Shown: positions 8,609 to 17,320 of the stretch, in pieces
Numbering within the stretch: position 1 is the first letter of the stretch
Layout of the letters: each line of letters opens with the position of its first letter
Source of the DNA: an uncultured Christensenellaceae bacterium
GTDB taxonomy: Bacteria > Bacillota > Clostridia > Christensenellales > CAG-138
Assembly (NCBI GenBank): GCA_902475645.1
Contig: CABSAH010000001.1
Span: 1 to 37,825 of the forward strand
Direction: 5' to 3'
DNA: 37,825 nt
The notes under the pieces: model-generated
The model's input: only the letters and a program-made list of their open reading frames with translations
Told to the model about the DNA's origin: nothing
Databases searched by the model: none
Translations under genes and position numbers: made by a program

Positions 8609-8684
8609 AAGACAACATTACCGATCTACACAATGCGACCGTAAAAGTACAGCGCCACGAAGCCGAGCTGTGGAAGGAGGACAC

Positions 8685-9383
8685 ATGAGCAGAGCGCTTA
8701 TAAGCGACCCGCAATGGGCGGGATGGGAGGATATACGGCATATGCGCAGTACGGGCGTGCCGTGGGACAGGATAGCGCATGAGTATGGAGTATCAAAGAC
8801 CCGCCTACGCAATTACGCAAGGCTTAACGGCATTGATACGGGCGGCGTGGCGCACGCGGGCGCGGTAAAGATTGACTGGCAGGACGTACAGCGCAAGCGC
8901 ATGGCGGGTAAGACGTGGGCAGAAATCGCAGAGCCTTACCACATAGCGGGCTGCACTCTTTCGGAAAAGGCAAAATTTCAGGGGCTTAAAATGCCCCCGA
9001 GCAAGGCTGACCAGATAGCACGGATGGAAAGCCCCGAGTGGGACGGCTGGGCAGAGGTCAGGAAGATGCGCGAGGAAGGAGTATCATGGGAGGACGTAAG
9101 CGCGCGCATTGGCGTGAGCGACCCGACCTTGCGGAGGATGGTGGCCAAGCTGGGCATGGACTTCCCCGCGCCCAAGTGTCGGCACAGAAACGGCGGCGGC
9201 CATGTGGCGAAGCAAATGACGCTGTGTTGGCAGTGCGCTAACGCCGTGCCGAATAATGAGACTGGACGGGGCTGCTCATGGAGCAGGAGCTTTAAGCCTG
9301 TGCCTGGGTGGGACGCGAACGATGGTGAGCGTTCGACTGTCTCTTACCATGTGCGGAGCTGCCCCGAGTTTGTGGAGGGGTAG
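8685..9383 (+). CDS. Protein with three tandem HTH-like repeats and a C-terminal Cys cluster (232 aa), putative DNA-binding regulator
   Basis: ATG 5 nt after GGAAGGAGG. The longer 8430 start would overlap the previous gene with junk-like sequence. Repeats such as PQWAGWEDIRHMRSTGVPWDRIAHEYGVSKTRLRNYARLNGID and PEWDGWAEVRKMREEGVSWEDVSARIGVSDPTLRRMVAKLGMD. C-terminal CWQC...GCSWS...SCPEF. Confidence 0.6.
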   Translation: MSRALISDPQWAGWEDIRHMRSTGVPWDRIAHEYGVSKTRLRNYARLNGIDTGGVAHAGAVKIDWQDVQRKRMAGKTWAEIAEPYHIAGCTLSEKAKFQGLKMPPSKADQIARMESPEWDGWAEVRKMREEGVSWEDVSARIGVSDPTLRRMVAKLGMDFPAPKCRHRNGGGHVAKQMTLCWQCANAVPNNETGRGCSWSRSFKPVPGWDANDGERSTVSYHVRSCPEFVEG

Positions 9384-9473
9384 GGGGTATAAAATCCCTG
9401 TGCCGAGGCGGCTCGAACCGCGGGACCACCATACGCGGTAAAATTTTTCGATATTTGAGAAAGGACACAGGCT

Positions 9474-9968
9474 GTGAACACGAGCACCAAGGAAAAGCGG
9501 CAAAGCGAACGCGCGGCAGTGCGGCGGCTCCTGATGTACTGGGGCAATGCCGAGCGCACGCGCACGGACAAGGAGCGGCAGCTCATAGCGATTGACGAAG
9601 AAATCGAAAGCCAGTATGACCTTCATCCTCAAAGGCTAACGGGCTTGCCGCACGGGAGCGGGGTATCTGATGCCACATACAATGCGGCGTTAAAAGCCAC
9701 CCGCGAGATAAAGCGGCTCGAACGCAAGAAGCAGCGCATTGAAGCCGAGTTGCAAGAGCTGAACCATCACGCGGGGATGATTGAATTTGAGGTGATGTGC
9801 CTGCCGCCGCTGGAGTGCGAGGTGGTGAAGCTGAGGTATGTGGAGTACGGCGTGGCGAAAAGCGGGTACTGGGAAAAGATTGCACAGCGCATGCATGTAT
9901 CGCAGGATTGGGCGAAGGCTTTGGAGCGGCACGGCGTGGAGCGGCTGATAAATCGCATAGCCCCATAA
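9474..9968 (+). CDS. Sigma-70 region-4-like / RinA-ArpU-type putative late-gene regulator
   Basis: GTG start. EVVKLRYVEYGVAKSGYWEKIAQRMHVSQDWAKALERHGVERL looks like a region-4 HTH. Sits immediately upstream of the packaging and structural block. Confidence 0.5.
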   Translation: MNTSTKEKRQSERAAVRRLLMYWGNAERTRTDKERQLIAIDEEIESQYDLHPQRLTGLPHGSGVSDATYNAALKATREIKRLERKKQRIEAELQELNHHAGMIEFEVMCLPPLECEVVKLRYVEYGVAKSGYWEKIAQRMHVSQDWAKALERHGVERLINRIAP

Positions 9969-9971
9969 AAG

Positions 9972-10005
9972 ACAACACGATACAACACGATTTATATGCT
10001 ATAAT
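9972..10005 (+). promoter_or_regulatory. Candidate late promoter: tandem ACAACACGAT x2 followed by an extended -10 (TGcTATAAT), with no -35
   Basis: Direct repeats at 9972-9981 and 9982-9991. TG at 9997-9998 and TATAAT at 10000-10005, read from the sequence. Confidence 0.4.
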
Positions 10006-10021
10006 ACTATCATCAAAAAAG

Positions 10022-10045
10022 GGCTTCCGCAGGGGGAGCCTTTTT
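10022..10045 (+). terminator. Promoter-proximal intrinsic terminator-like hairpin plus T5
   Basis: GGCTTCC / GGGAGCC 7-bp stem with one G.U pair, 5-nt loop, then TTTTT. It lies about 20 nt downstream of the TATAAT box and 15 nt before the next ATG. Confidence 0.5.
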
Positions 10046-10060
10046 GCATAGGGGGAAGAA

Positions 10061-10875
10061 ATGGACAGCTTCAAGGAGAAAATGGCGCTTGGCGACCAGA
10101 TGGAAATGACGGGCGAATATGGCGCATTTGTTGAAAAATTCAAGCCGAAGAAAACAACGGATGATTGCTACACGCCCGATAATGTATATGCCGCCGTCCT
10201 TGATTGGGCAGTTAAAGAATACGGCTTGGAGGGAGCGCAGATAATACGCCCGTTTTACCCCGGCGGGGATTACACAAAAGAGGATTACAGCGGGAATTGT
10301 GCGGTGATAGACAACCCGCCCTTTTCAATTTTGGCCGAGATTTGCCGCTGGTATAATCAGCGCGGCATACGCTTTTTCCTTTTCGGACCGGGACAAACGC
10401 TTTTTTCAGGCAGCGGTATGGACGGTATAAATTATGTCATATGCGATGGCAGTATCACATATGCAAACGGCGCGACTATAAAAACGGGCTTTGTAACAAA
10501 TTTGGGACAGTATAAAATCATTGTTGCGCCTGACCTTATAAAGCAATTAAAGCGGTCAATTATGAAAATCACAAGGCGGCTACAAAGTCAGTGCCTAAAT
10601 ACGATTACCCCGACCATGTTCTGACGGCGGCAAGGATACAGCGCATTGCGAAATATGGGCAGTCATTAAGGATACGCGCCGAAGATTGCGCGTTTATCCG
10701 CGCGTTGGACAGCCAAAGAGGCACAGGAAAGGCGGTTTTCGGCGGTGGTTTTCTTTTGTCGGAGAAAGCGGCGGCAGAGAAAGCAGCGGCAGAGAAAGCG
10801 GCGGCAGAGAAAGCGAAGGCAAAAATATGGGAGCTATCGGAGAGGGAGAAGGAAATAATAAGGCGGCTTGGGTGA
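10061..10875 (+). pseudogene. Putative DNA (adenine) methyltransferase-like gene split by a -1 frameshift near 10540-10555
   Basis: ORF 10061-10624 carries TTDDCYTP and a DNPPF (motif IV-like) sequence. Its last ~25 aa look like junk. The -1 frame is open from 10534 and reads ...KAVNYENHKAATKSVPKYDYPDHVLTAARIQRIAKYG... through ORF 10591-10875. The two ORFs therefore look like one gene. Confidence 0.55.
10762..10821 (+). repeat. 15-bp tandem repeat GAGAAAGCGGCGGCA x4 (last copy diverged), encoding (EKAAA)3-EKAKA
   Basis: Read directly from the sequence, inside the C-terminal part of the split methyltransferase-like gene. Confidence 0.9.
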
Positions 10876-10991
10876 CGTGGATACACACACCCGCCACCTG
10901 CAAAGAGTGCAAACACTATGACAACAACAAAAAGCGGTGCGGCCTAAATTGGTGCAGATACCCCGCGCGAAGAGGGGGCGGCACGAGGTGA
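10872..10991 (+). CDS. Small Cys-rich protein (39 aa), tentative
   Basis: GTGA overlap with the upstream stop. Translation TWIHTPATCKECKHYDNNKKRCGLNWCRYPARRGGGTR. This is the 3' part of ORF 10686-10991. Confidence 0.35.
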   Translation: MTWIHTPATCKECKHYDNNKKRCGLNWCRYPARRGGGTR

Positions 10992-11224
10992 ATTTAAGGC
11001 GTGTAGCACATAGATTGCAGCAGGCTTTGTGTGCAAAGGGGATAAGGGTAAAAATAAATCAAGTACAAAGCTACTCTGAAAAGGCTGAAAGGATGGTGAA
11101 TAAATACGTGATAATCCAGACTGAAAAGCAGATGGATGGCAGAAATAAAAATACCACGCTACTTGAATCCTATCAGCTTGCAGAAGTAGTAAAGCTACTT
11201 GCAGGACTGTACAAGGATGCCTAA
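10988..11224 (+). CDS. Hypothetical protein (78 aa)
   Basis: GTGA overlap with the previous ORF and AGAGGGGG upstream. This is the 3' part of ORF 10937-11224. Confidence 0.45.
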   Translation: MNLRRVAHRLQQALCAKGIRVKINQVQSYSEKAERMVNKYVIIQTEKQMDGRNKNTTLLESYQLAEVVKLLAGLYKDA

Positions 11225-11627
11225 GCCTAAGACAGACAAGCTCACGCTTACCCCAAAACAAAAAGCCTTTGCAGAATTTTATATACAGTGCGGTAATGCA
11301 ACCGAGGCAGCACGTAAAGCTGGGTATCCAGAAAAAAGCGCAAAAAGCATAGGCAATGAGAACTTGACAAAGCCCCACATCCGTGCATATATAGACAAAC
11401 TTACCGCACCAGACGAAGAAAAGCGCATAGCGGACGCGCAAGAAGTCATGCAATTTTACAGCGCCGTTATGCGCGGTGAAGTTAAAGACAGTTTCGGGCT
11501 TGATGCAGCTTTGGCAGACCGATTAAAAGCTGGTGATGCGCTGATGAAGCGCTTTATTGCAATGCAGGGCAAGGCGGCAGAGAATGAATGTGAAGACCTT
11601 ACGCCGCTGGCGAATATGCTGAAATAG
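11217..11627 (+). CDS. terS: Terminase small subunit
   Basis: LTPKQKAFAEFYIQCGNATEAARKAGYPEKSAKSIGNENLTKPHIRAYID is the classic Terminase_2 HTH signature. Lies directly upstream of the large subunit. Confidence 0.8.
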   Translation: MPKPKTDKLTLTPKQKAFAEFYIQCGNATEAARKAGYPEKSAKSIGNENLTKPHIRAYIDKLTAPDEEKRIADAQEVMQFYSAVMRGEVKDSFGLDAALADRLKAGDALMKRFIAMQGKAAENECEDLTPLANMLK

Positions 11628-11640
11628 GAGGGCGGGACGC

Positions 11641-12963
11641 ATGAAAAAGACCGCCACAATACCGTGGCAGCCGTTAAGCGAGAAGCACAAGGCATATATC
11701 CTGCGCGGCATGAATGCCCGAATGTGTGTAGCGGAGGGCGCGATCAGAAGCGGCAAGACAATCGACCATTGCATAATGGCGGCGGCATACTTGGAAACAT
11801 GCCCCGACAAGATACATTTGGCGTCGGGCAGCACCATAGCTAACGCGAAGCTTAATATTGGGGTGTGCAACGGCTTCGGCCTTGAAAACCTTTTCCGTGG
11901 GCGCTCCCGATGGGGGAAGTACAAGGAGAACCAAGCGCTTTTCCTTGCCACTCAGACAGGGGAGAAGGTAGTCGTTTTCACGGGCGGGAAGAACTCAGAC
12001 AGCTATAAGCGGATTCTGGGTAATTCATATGGTTTGTGGATAGCCACGGAGATAAACGAGCATTACGATAGTGACGATAGCCGCGAAAGCTTTGTAAAAG
12101 TGGCTAATGGCCGTCAGCTTGCAGCCGTTCGGCCTTATACGCTATGGGACATGAACCCTTGTAGCCCGCGCCACCCGATATACACCGAGTACATAGACAA
12201 GTACCGCGACAACGGCATGAAAGGCTATGTATACGAGCATTTCACAATACGGGATAACCTGTCGATAAGCGAGGAGCGGCAAGCGGAAATAACCGCGCAG
12301 TATGACCCCAAAACCGTATGGTATAGGCGCGACATACTTGGCGAGAGATGCACGGCGGAGGGGCTTGTGTATCCAAGCTTTGCGGACACGCCCGAGAGAT
12401 ATATCATCGATGCGCCGCCCGCGATTCAGTATGCCAATGTCGGCGTGGACTTTGGCGGGACTAAATCCGGCCACGCCTTCACGCTAACGGGCTTCACGCA
12501 CGGGTATAAAGAAATTGTGGTGCTGGATGAATATTATCACGATAACGCCAAGGACGGGCGCTTTAACCCCGACCAGCTTAACGCGGCCTTTATAGACTTT
12601 GTGCGGAGGGCACAGCAGAAATACAGGGTTGCAATCGCCCGATGCGACAGCGCGGAGCAGACGCTAATTGAGGGCTTACGCTCAGCCGCAAGCAAGGCGG
12701 GCGTGCCGATAGGCATTGAAAATGCGATAAAGGGCGCGATAAACGACCGTATAGCCTTTTACAATTCGCTGATGGCGCAGGAGCGGTTTAAGATTATGAG
12801 CCATTGCAAAGCGACAATAGAGGCGTTGCAAACGGCCATATATGATGCGGACAAGATAGACGATGAACGCCTCGACAACGGCACAACGAACATAGACAGC
12901 CTTGACAGTATGGAGTATTCGACAGAGGTTGAACAGTCGTCGATTATGTACATAAGGAGATAG
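11641..12963 (+). CDS. terL: Terminase large subunit (PBSX/Terminase_3-like)
   Basis: Walker A-like EGAIRSGKT. Size of 440 aa. C-terminal nuclease-like segment GVDFGG...DSAE. Position between terS and portal. Confidence 0.9.
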   Translation: MKKTATIPWQPLSEKHKAYILRGMNARMCVAEGAIRSGKTIDHCIMAAAYLETCPDKIHLASGSTIANAKLNIGVCNGFGLENLFRGRSRWGKYKENQALFLATQTGEKVVVFTGGKNSDSYKRILGNSYGLWIATEINEHYDSDDSRESFVKVANGRQLAAVRPYTLWDMNPCSPRHPIYTEYIDKYRDNGMKGYVYEHFTIRDNLSISEERQAEITAQYDPKTVWYRRDILGERCTAEGLVYPSFADTPERYIIDAPPAIQYANVGVDFGGTKSGHAFTLTGFTHGYKEIVVLDEYYHDNAKDGRFNPDQLNAAFIDFVRRAQQKYRVAIARCDSAEQTLIEGLRSAASKAGVPIGIENAIKGAINDRIAFYNSLMAQERFKIMSHCKATIEALQTAIYDADKIDDERLDNGTTNIDSLDSMEYSTEVEQSSIMYIRR

Positions 12964-12964
12964 C

Positions 12965-14317
12965 ATGCAAGCAATAACCGAATATTTGACGCGCAACGGG
13001 TACACGGCGGTTGACGATGCCTATTATGCGCAAATCGCCCTGTGGCAGTCGTGGTACCAGGGCAAGGTGAACAGCTTCCACACTTACAAGCAGTACAACG
13101 GACAGCGCAAGGTAACGCGGCAGCGCAAGACAATGGGAATGGCTAAACGTTTCTGCGAGGATTGGGCGGCGCTTCTGCTCAATGAGAAGGTGCGCATAAG
13201 CGTAGGGAACGAAACGGCGCAAGCGGCAATGGATGAGATACTAAAGCGCAACCGCTTCGGCGTGAGGGCTAATCAGCTTGTGGAGCTGGCGTTCGCCCTT
13301 GGCACGGGCGCATTCGTTGAGTATCTGGACGGCGGCGAGGTAGTGATTGACTATGTGCGCGGGAGCATGATATACCCGCTGGCATGGGATAACGGCATCA
13401 TTACGGAGTGCGCCTTTGCGTCGGAGCGCAAGCAGGGCGCGGAGAAGTATATATACTTGAATATCCACCGCAAGGATGGGCAGGGGCGGTATGTTGTCGA
13501 AAACAAAATGTTCCGCCGTAACGGCGATACCATAACCCCCGCCGACCTCCCCGAAGGTGTAGCCGATGAAGTAATGACTGGCTCGGAAGTCCCCTACTTC
13601 CAAATAGTCACGCCGAACATTGTCAACAACGCGGATTTGTCGTCCCCGATGGGCATATCAGTTTTTGCCAACGCGATAGACAACCTCCAAAACATAGACC
13701 TTGTTTTCGATGCATATGATAACGAGTTTAGACTTGGCAAAAAGCGCGTGCTTGTGCCGCTTACACTGACACAGACCACAATGGCAGACAGCGGGGTAAC
13801 TAAGCCCGTTTTTGATGATAATGACGTTGAATTTTATGTGATTGATACCGGAGAGCAGAACACGCAGAAAATCGAGGAAATGAACGGCGCGTTACGGTAT
13901 GACGCTTTTGAGGCGGGCATAAAGACCGCTATAAACCTTGCGGCCTATAAATGCGGTTTTGGTGAAAATCGATACCGCTTTGAGGGCGGCACGGCTATGA
14001 CCGCAACACAGGTAATATCACAGGACAGCGACCTTTTCCGCAATCTGAAAAAACATGAGCTTATACTCGATGCGGCCTTGCAGGGGCTTATAAGGGCTAT
14101 CGCGCAGATGGCGGGCATAGGCATAGGCGAAATAACCATAGAATTTGATGATAGTATCATCGAGGACGAGGACAAGGAGCGGCAGCGCTTCATGCAGGAG
14201 ATTCGGGAGGGCTTACGGCAGCCGTGGGAATACCGCGTTAAATACTTCGGCGAAGCCGAGGAACAGGCGCGGGCAATGACCGCAATACAGACTATCGCGG
14301 AAGGGTTTGAGGCGTAA
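12965..14317 (+). CDS. Portal protein (SPP1 gp6-like)
   Basis: 450 aa, follows terL, and has an acidic C-terminus. RBS AAGGAGA. Gene order is conserved. Confidence 0.85.
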   Translation: MQAITEYLTRNGYTAVDDAYYAQIALWQSWYQGKVNSFHTYKQYNGQRKVTRQRKTMGMAKRFCEDWAALLLNEKVRISVGNETAQAAMDEILKRNRFGVRANQLVELAFALGTGAFVEYLDGGEVVIDYVRGSMIYPLAWDNGIITECAFASERKQGAEKYIYLNIHRKDGQGRYVVENKMFRRNGDTITPADLPEGVADEVMTGSEVPYFQIVTPNIVNNADLSSPMGISVFANAIDNLQNIDLVFDAYDNEFRLGKKRVLVPLTLTQTTMADSGVTKPVFDDNDVEFYVIDTGEQNTQKIEEMNGALRYDAFEAGIKTAINLAAYKCGFGENRYRFEGGTAMTATQVISQDSDLFRNLKKHELILDAALQGLIRAIAQMAGIGIGEITIEFDDSIIEDEDKERQRFMQEIREGLRQPWEYRVKYFGEAEEQARAMTAIQTIAEGFEA

Positions 14318-15429
14318 TGCTTACCCCCGAATATATCGACCATGCGCCCGATGAGCTTGTGGAACTGCACCGTCAAGCCGAAGATGATATCCTGCGGGAT
14401 ATGGCAAAGCGCATAAATAGCGCCGATTTGTATATACCCTCCACGCAGTGGCAGGAGCGGAAATTACAGGCCATGGGCATGACGCACAAAGAGATTGTGC
14501 GGCGGCTGGCTGCACTCACCCGAAAGACCAATGCGGAGATAGAAGCAATCATAAGTGACGCGGGGGCGCAGGCTTTGAGCCTTGACCCTGACGTGATACC
14601 GACTTATAAGGGCATATCCTCTGCACCTTGGGTAAAAACCCTGATTGCAACAGGTATAACGCGCACACAAGGGACATTTAAGAATCTCACCCTTACCACG
14701 GCAAAGACCGCCACAGGGCAATTTGAGCGGGTTTTAGACCGTGCATATATGCAGGTAAGCACGGGCGCATTTGCTCAGGATAAGGCCATATTGATGGCGG
14801 TTAAAGACCTATGCGCGAGAGGCATCGAGGCTATCACATACCCCACGGGGCATAGGGATTACATTGATGTAGCCGTGCGGCGGGCGGTCATCACGGGCTT
14901 GAACCAGACTGCGGGGGAAGTATCCGACAGGCTTGCAAAGGAGCTGGACTATGACCTTGTAGAAGTATCGGCCCACGCGGGCGCAAGGCCGTCACATGCG
15001 GAATGGCAGGGCAAGGTATACAGCCGGAAGGGCAAGACAGAGAAGTATGAGGACTTCTATACCGCCACGGGATACGGCACGGGGGCGGGGCTGTGCGGAT
15101 GGAATTGCCGCCACTCTTTCAGCGCGTATCAGGAGGGACAGGCGCGGGCGTATACCCCCGAAATGCTGGCCAAGTTCGAAGCGAAGGATTACAGCTATAA
15201 CGGCAAGGCCATGACGGAGTATGAGGCCACGCAGAAGCAGAGATACATTGAGCGGCAGATAAGGCGGTATAAGCGTGAAGCAATGGCCACAAGGGACATA
15301 GGGCAGGACGCGGAAGCAGCCGAGGCAAAGGTATATGAATGGCAAAAACGCTTGACCGACTTTTGCCGACAAACAGGACTTAAAAAGAGCTTCCCCCGCG
15401 CGGTTGTGCCGGGGTATGGGCGCGATTAA
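14317..15429 (+). CDS. Head morphogenesis / minor capsid protein (Mu F / SPP1 gp7-like)
   Basis: VEVSAHAGARPSHAEWQGKVYS and GWNCRH match the Phage_Mu_F domain core. TAATG overlap with the portal gene. Confidence 0.85.
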   Translation: MLTPEYIDHAPDELVELHRQAEDDILRDMAKRINSADLYIPSTQWQERKLQAMGMTHKEIVRRLAALTRKTNAEIEAIISDAGAQALSLDPDVIPTYKGISSAPWVKTLIATGITRTQGTFKNLTLTTAKTATGQFERVLDRAYMQVSTGAFAQDKAILMAVKDLCARGIEAITYPTGHRDYIDVAVRRAVITGLNQTAGEVSDRLAKELDYDLVEVSAHAGARPSHAEWQGKVYSRKGKTEKYEDFYTATGYGTGAGLCGWNCRHSFSAYQEGQARAYTPEMLAKFEAKDYSYNGKAMTEYEATQKQRYIERQIRRYKREAMATRDIGQDAEAAEAKVYEWQKRLTDFCRQTGLKKSFPRAVVPGYGRD

Positions 15430-15553
15430 CACCGCGCTTTTTCTATGCACAAAATCCCGTTCAGGGTTTTGGATATATCACGCGCAAGCGGGCTGACGAG
15501 CATTATACGGATTATAGAGCCGACGGGCTGAAAACGGAAAAGGAGAAAAAACA

Positions 15554-16090
15554 ATGGCAGAAGAAAACAACCAGAACCAGCAGCAGAACCAGCCGAGCGC
15601 GGAGCAGATAGCAAACAGCATTGTGGCCGCGATAGAGGCAAGGAGCAAGCGGACGGAAAACGGCATAGTGAAAAGCTATGCGGAGCAGTACGGCATGACG
15701 GAAGCCGAAATTGCGCAGATACTCGACAGCGCAAAGAAGCAGAAAGCGGCACAGCCTACACCGGAACAACAGGCCGCAATGGACAAGCGGCTTGATATGG
15801 CAAACGGGCGTTTGATATCTGCCGAGATAAAGGCCGTCGGCGGTTCCCTTGGACTTTTGGATGCAGACGCGGCAAGCACGCTGATGGACAAATCCAAGGT
15901 AAAAGTTAAAGACGATGGCACAGTAGAGGGCGTGAAGGAAGCCCTTGAAGCATTGAAGAAAAGCAAGCCTTACCTTTTCAATGCCGCGCCCCAAAGGACG
16001 GGAATGCGGCAGAACGGAACGGAGGGCAAAGAACCCCCGCACGCGGCAGCCAACGCGGCCTTGCGTGCGCTATTTATGAAAGGAGAATAA
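15554..16090 (+). CDS. Scaffolding protein
   Basis: Low-complexity, Q/A/E/K-rich helical protein of 178 aa directly upstream of the major capsid gene. Confidence 0.7.
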   Translation: MAEENNQNQQQNQPSAEQIANSIVAAIEARSKRTENGIVKSYAEQYGMTEAEIAQILDSAKKQKAAQPTPEQQAAMDKRLDMANGRLISAEIKAVGGSLGLLDADAASTLMDKSKVKVKDDGTVEGVKEALEALKKSKPYLFNAAPQRTGMRQNGTEGKEPPHAAANAALRALFMKGE

Positions 16091-16096
16091 AAACAC

Positions 16097-17272
16097 ATGG
16101 CAATTATTGACAGAAGCGCGGCAGAAGCCCTTATACAGGAGCAGATTGTAGCGGAGATTTTCCAGAAACCCGTGGAGGATTCGACCTTCCTGCGGCTTGC
16201 GCGCCGCATGCCCGATATGACCTCCAGTCAGACCCGCATAAGGGTACTTGATACCCTGCCCATGGCCTACTGGGTGGACGGCGATACGGGCTTTAAGCAG
16301 ACCGCCGAACAGGCGTGGGACAACGTATACATTAACGCGGCGGAGCTGGCGGTTATAGTCCCCATCCCCGAAGCTGTACTGGCTGATGCGTCCATAGACA
16401 TAATGGCGCAGGTAACGCCGCGTGTGCGTGAGCAGTTTGGCCGCATGGTTGACCTTGCGACCATTTTCGGCATAAATAAACCCGCGTCTTGGCGTGCCGA
16501 CATAATCACCACCGCACGACAGGCGGGAAACAACGTGGCTGGCGGCACTCTGACCTATGATAACCTTCTGGGCGAGGGCGGCCTTTTCGAGAAGGTTGAA
16601 GTCGGCGGCAACGCCATTAACGGTGTAGTGGCTGCCCTTGCCGCCCGCGCCAAGCTGCGCGGCATAAAGACCACGGACGGTCTCCCCATTTTCAAGGCTG
16701 ATTCCATGCAGGGTGTGACCAGCTATGCCCTTGACGGTGCGCCCGTATACTTCCCCGTCAACGGCGGCTTTGACCCCTCCGTCGCGCTTATGATAGCGGG
16801 CGATTGGAACCAGGCGGTATACGCTATCCGTCAGGACGTGACCGTCAAGATACTCGACCAGGCAATCATACAAGACCCGTCCAGCAAGGCTATTGTCTAT
16901 AACCTTGCACAGCAGGACATGATTGCCCTGCGCGTGGTTTTCCGTATGGGCTGGGCACTGCCTAACCCCGTATCGCCGATAGACGGCACGCGCACAAACT
17001 GCCCGTTCGCCTATATCGAGCCTACCACCGCAGTAACCACGCAGAAGGTAACCTTTACCGTTACCAATGGCGCGACCAGTGCGGCCGCAGTAGCCGACGC
17101 TAAGGTTGAGGTTGACGGGGTGCGCAAGATTACCGGAGCGGACGGCAAGGCCGAATTTAATCTGCGCAAGGGAACTTACACCTACAAGGTGAGCAAGAAG
17201 GACGCGACCACCGTAAACGGCTCTGTGACCGTGGCGGCGGCTGCCGTTAACGAGGCCGTAACCCTGAAATAA
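16097..17272 (+). CDS. Major capsid protein (HK97-fold) with a C-terminal ~75-aa beta-rich extension
   Basis: Position and size fit. Strong RBS. The C-terminus KVTFTVTNGATSAAAVADAKVEVDGVRKITGADGKAEFNLRKGTYTYKVSKKDATTVNGSVTV looks like an Ig/CarboxypepD_reg-like domain. Confidence 0.8.
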   Translation: MAIIDRSAAEALIQEQIVAEIFQKPVEDSTFLRLARRMPDMTSSQTRIRVLDTLPMAYWVDGDTGFKQTAEQAWDNVYINAAELAVIVPIPEAVLADASIDIMAQVTPRVREQFGRMVDLATIFGINKPASWRADIITTARQAGNNVAGGTLTYDNLLGEGGLFEKVEVGGNAINGVVAALAARAKLRGIKTTDGLPIFKADSMQGVTSYALDGAPVYFPVNGGFDPSVALMIAGDWNQAVYAIRQDVTVKILDQAIIQDPSSKAIVYNLAQQDMIALRVVFRMGWALPNPVSPIDGTRTNCPFAYIEPTTAVTTQKVTFTVTNGATSAAAVADAKVEVDGVRKITGADGKAEFNLRKGTYTYKVSKKDATTVNGSVTVAAAAVNEAVTLK

Positions 17273-17282
17273 TCTGTGAATG

Positions 17283-17304
17283 CGGCGGGGCTAAAACCCC
17301 GCCG
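17283..17304 (+). terminator. GC-rich stem-loop after the capsid gene (CGGCGGGG-CTAAAA-CCCCGCCG)
   Basis: 8-bp perfect stem read from the sequence with no following T-tract. Possibly a partial terminator or mRNA stabiliser. Confidence 0.4.
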
Positions 17305-17320
17305 AGTTAAGGAGGCAAGA

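Noticed and set aside
8430-8684. Long 317-aa version of the triple-HTH ORF starting at 8430
   Set aside because: The upstream 85 codons overlap ORF 8411-8608 in another frame and translate to Arg/Cys-rich junk. A strong GGAAGGAGG RBS precedes the ATG at 8685.
9395-9470. tRNA-like fragment on the minus strand (GGTTCGAGCC T-loop-like motif, CCTGTG/CACAGG ends that could pair as an acceptor stem)
   Set aside because: I could not fold a legal cloverleaf. The T-arm is displaced by ~4 nt from the acceptor strand, the anticodon stem has a mismatch and wobble pairs, and the D-loop lacks GG. It is more likely a degenerate remnant or just the stem-loop ACCGCG...CGCGGT following gene 8685-9383.
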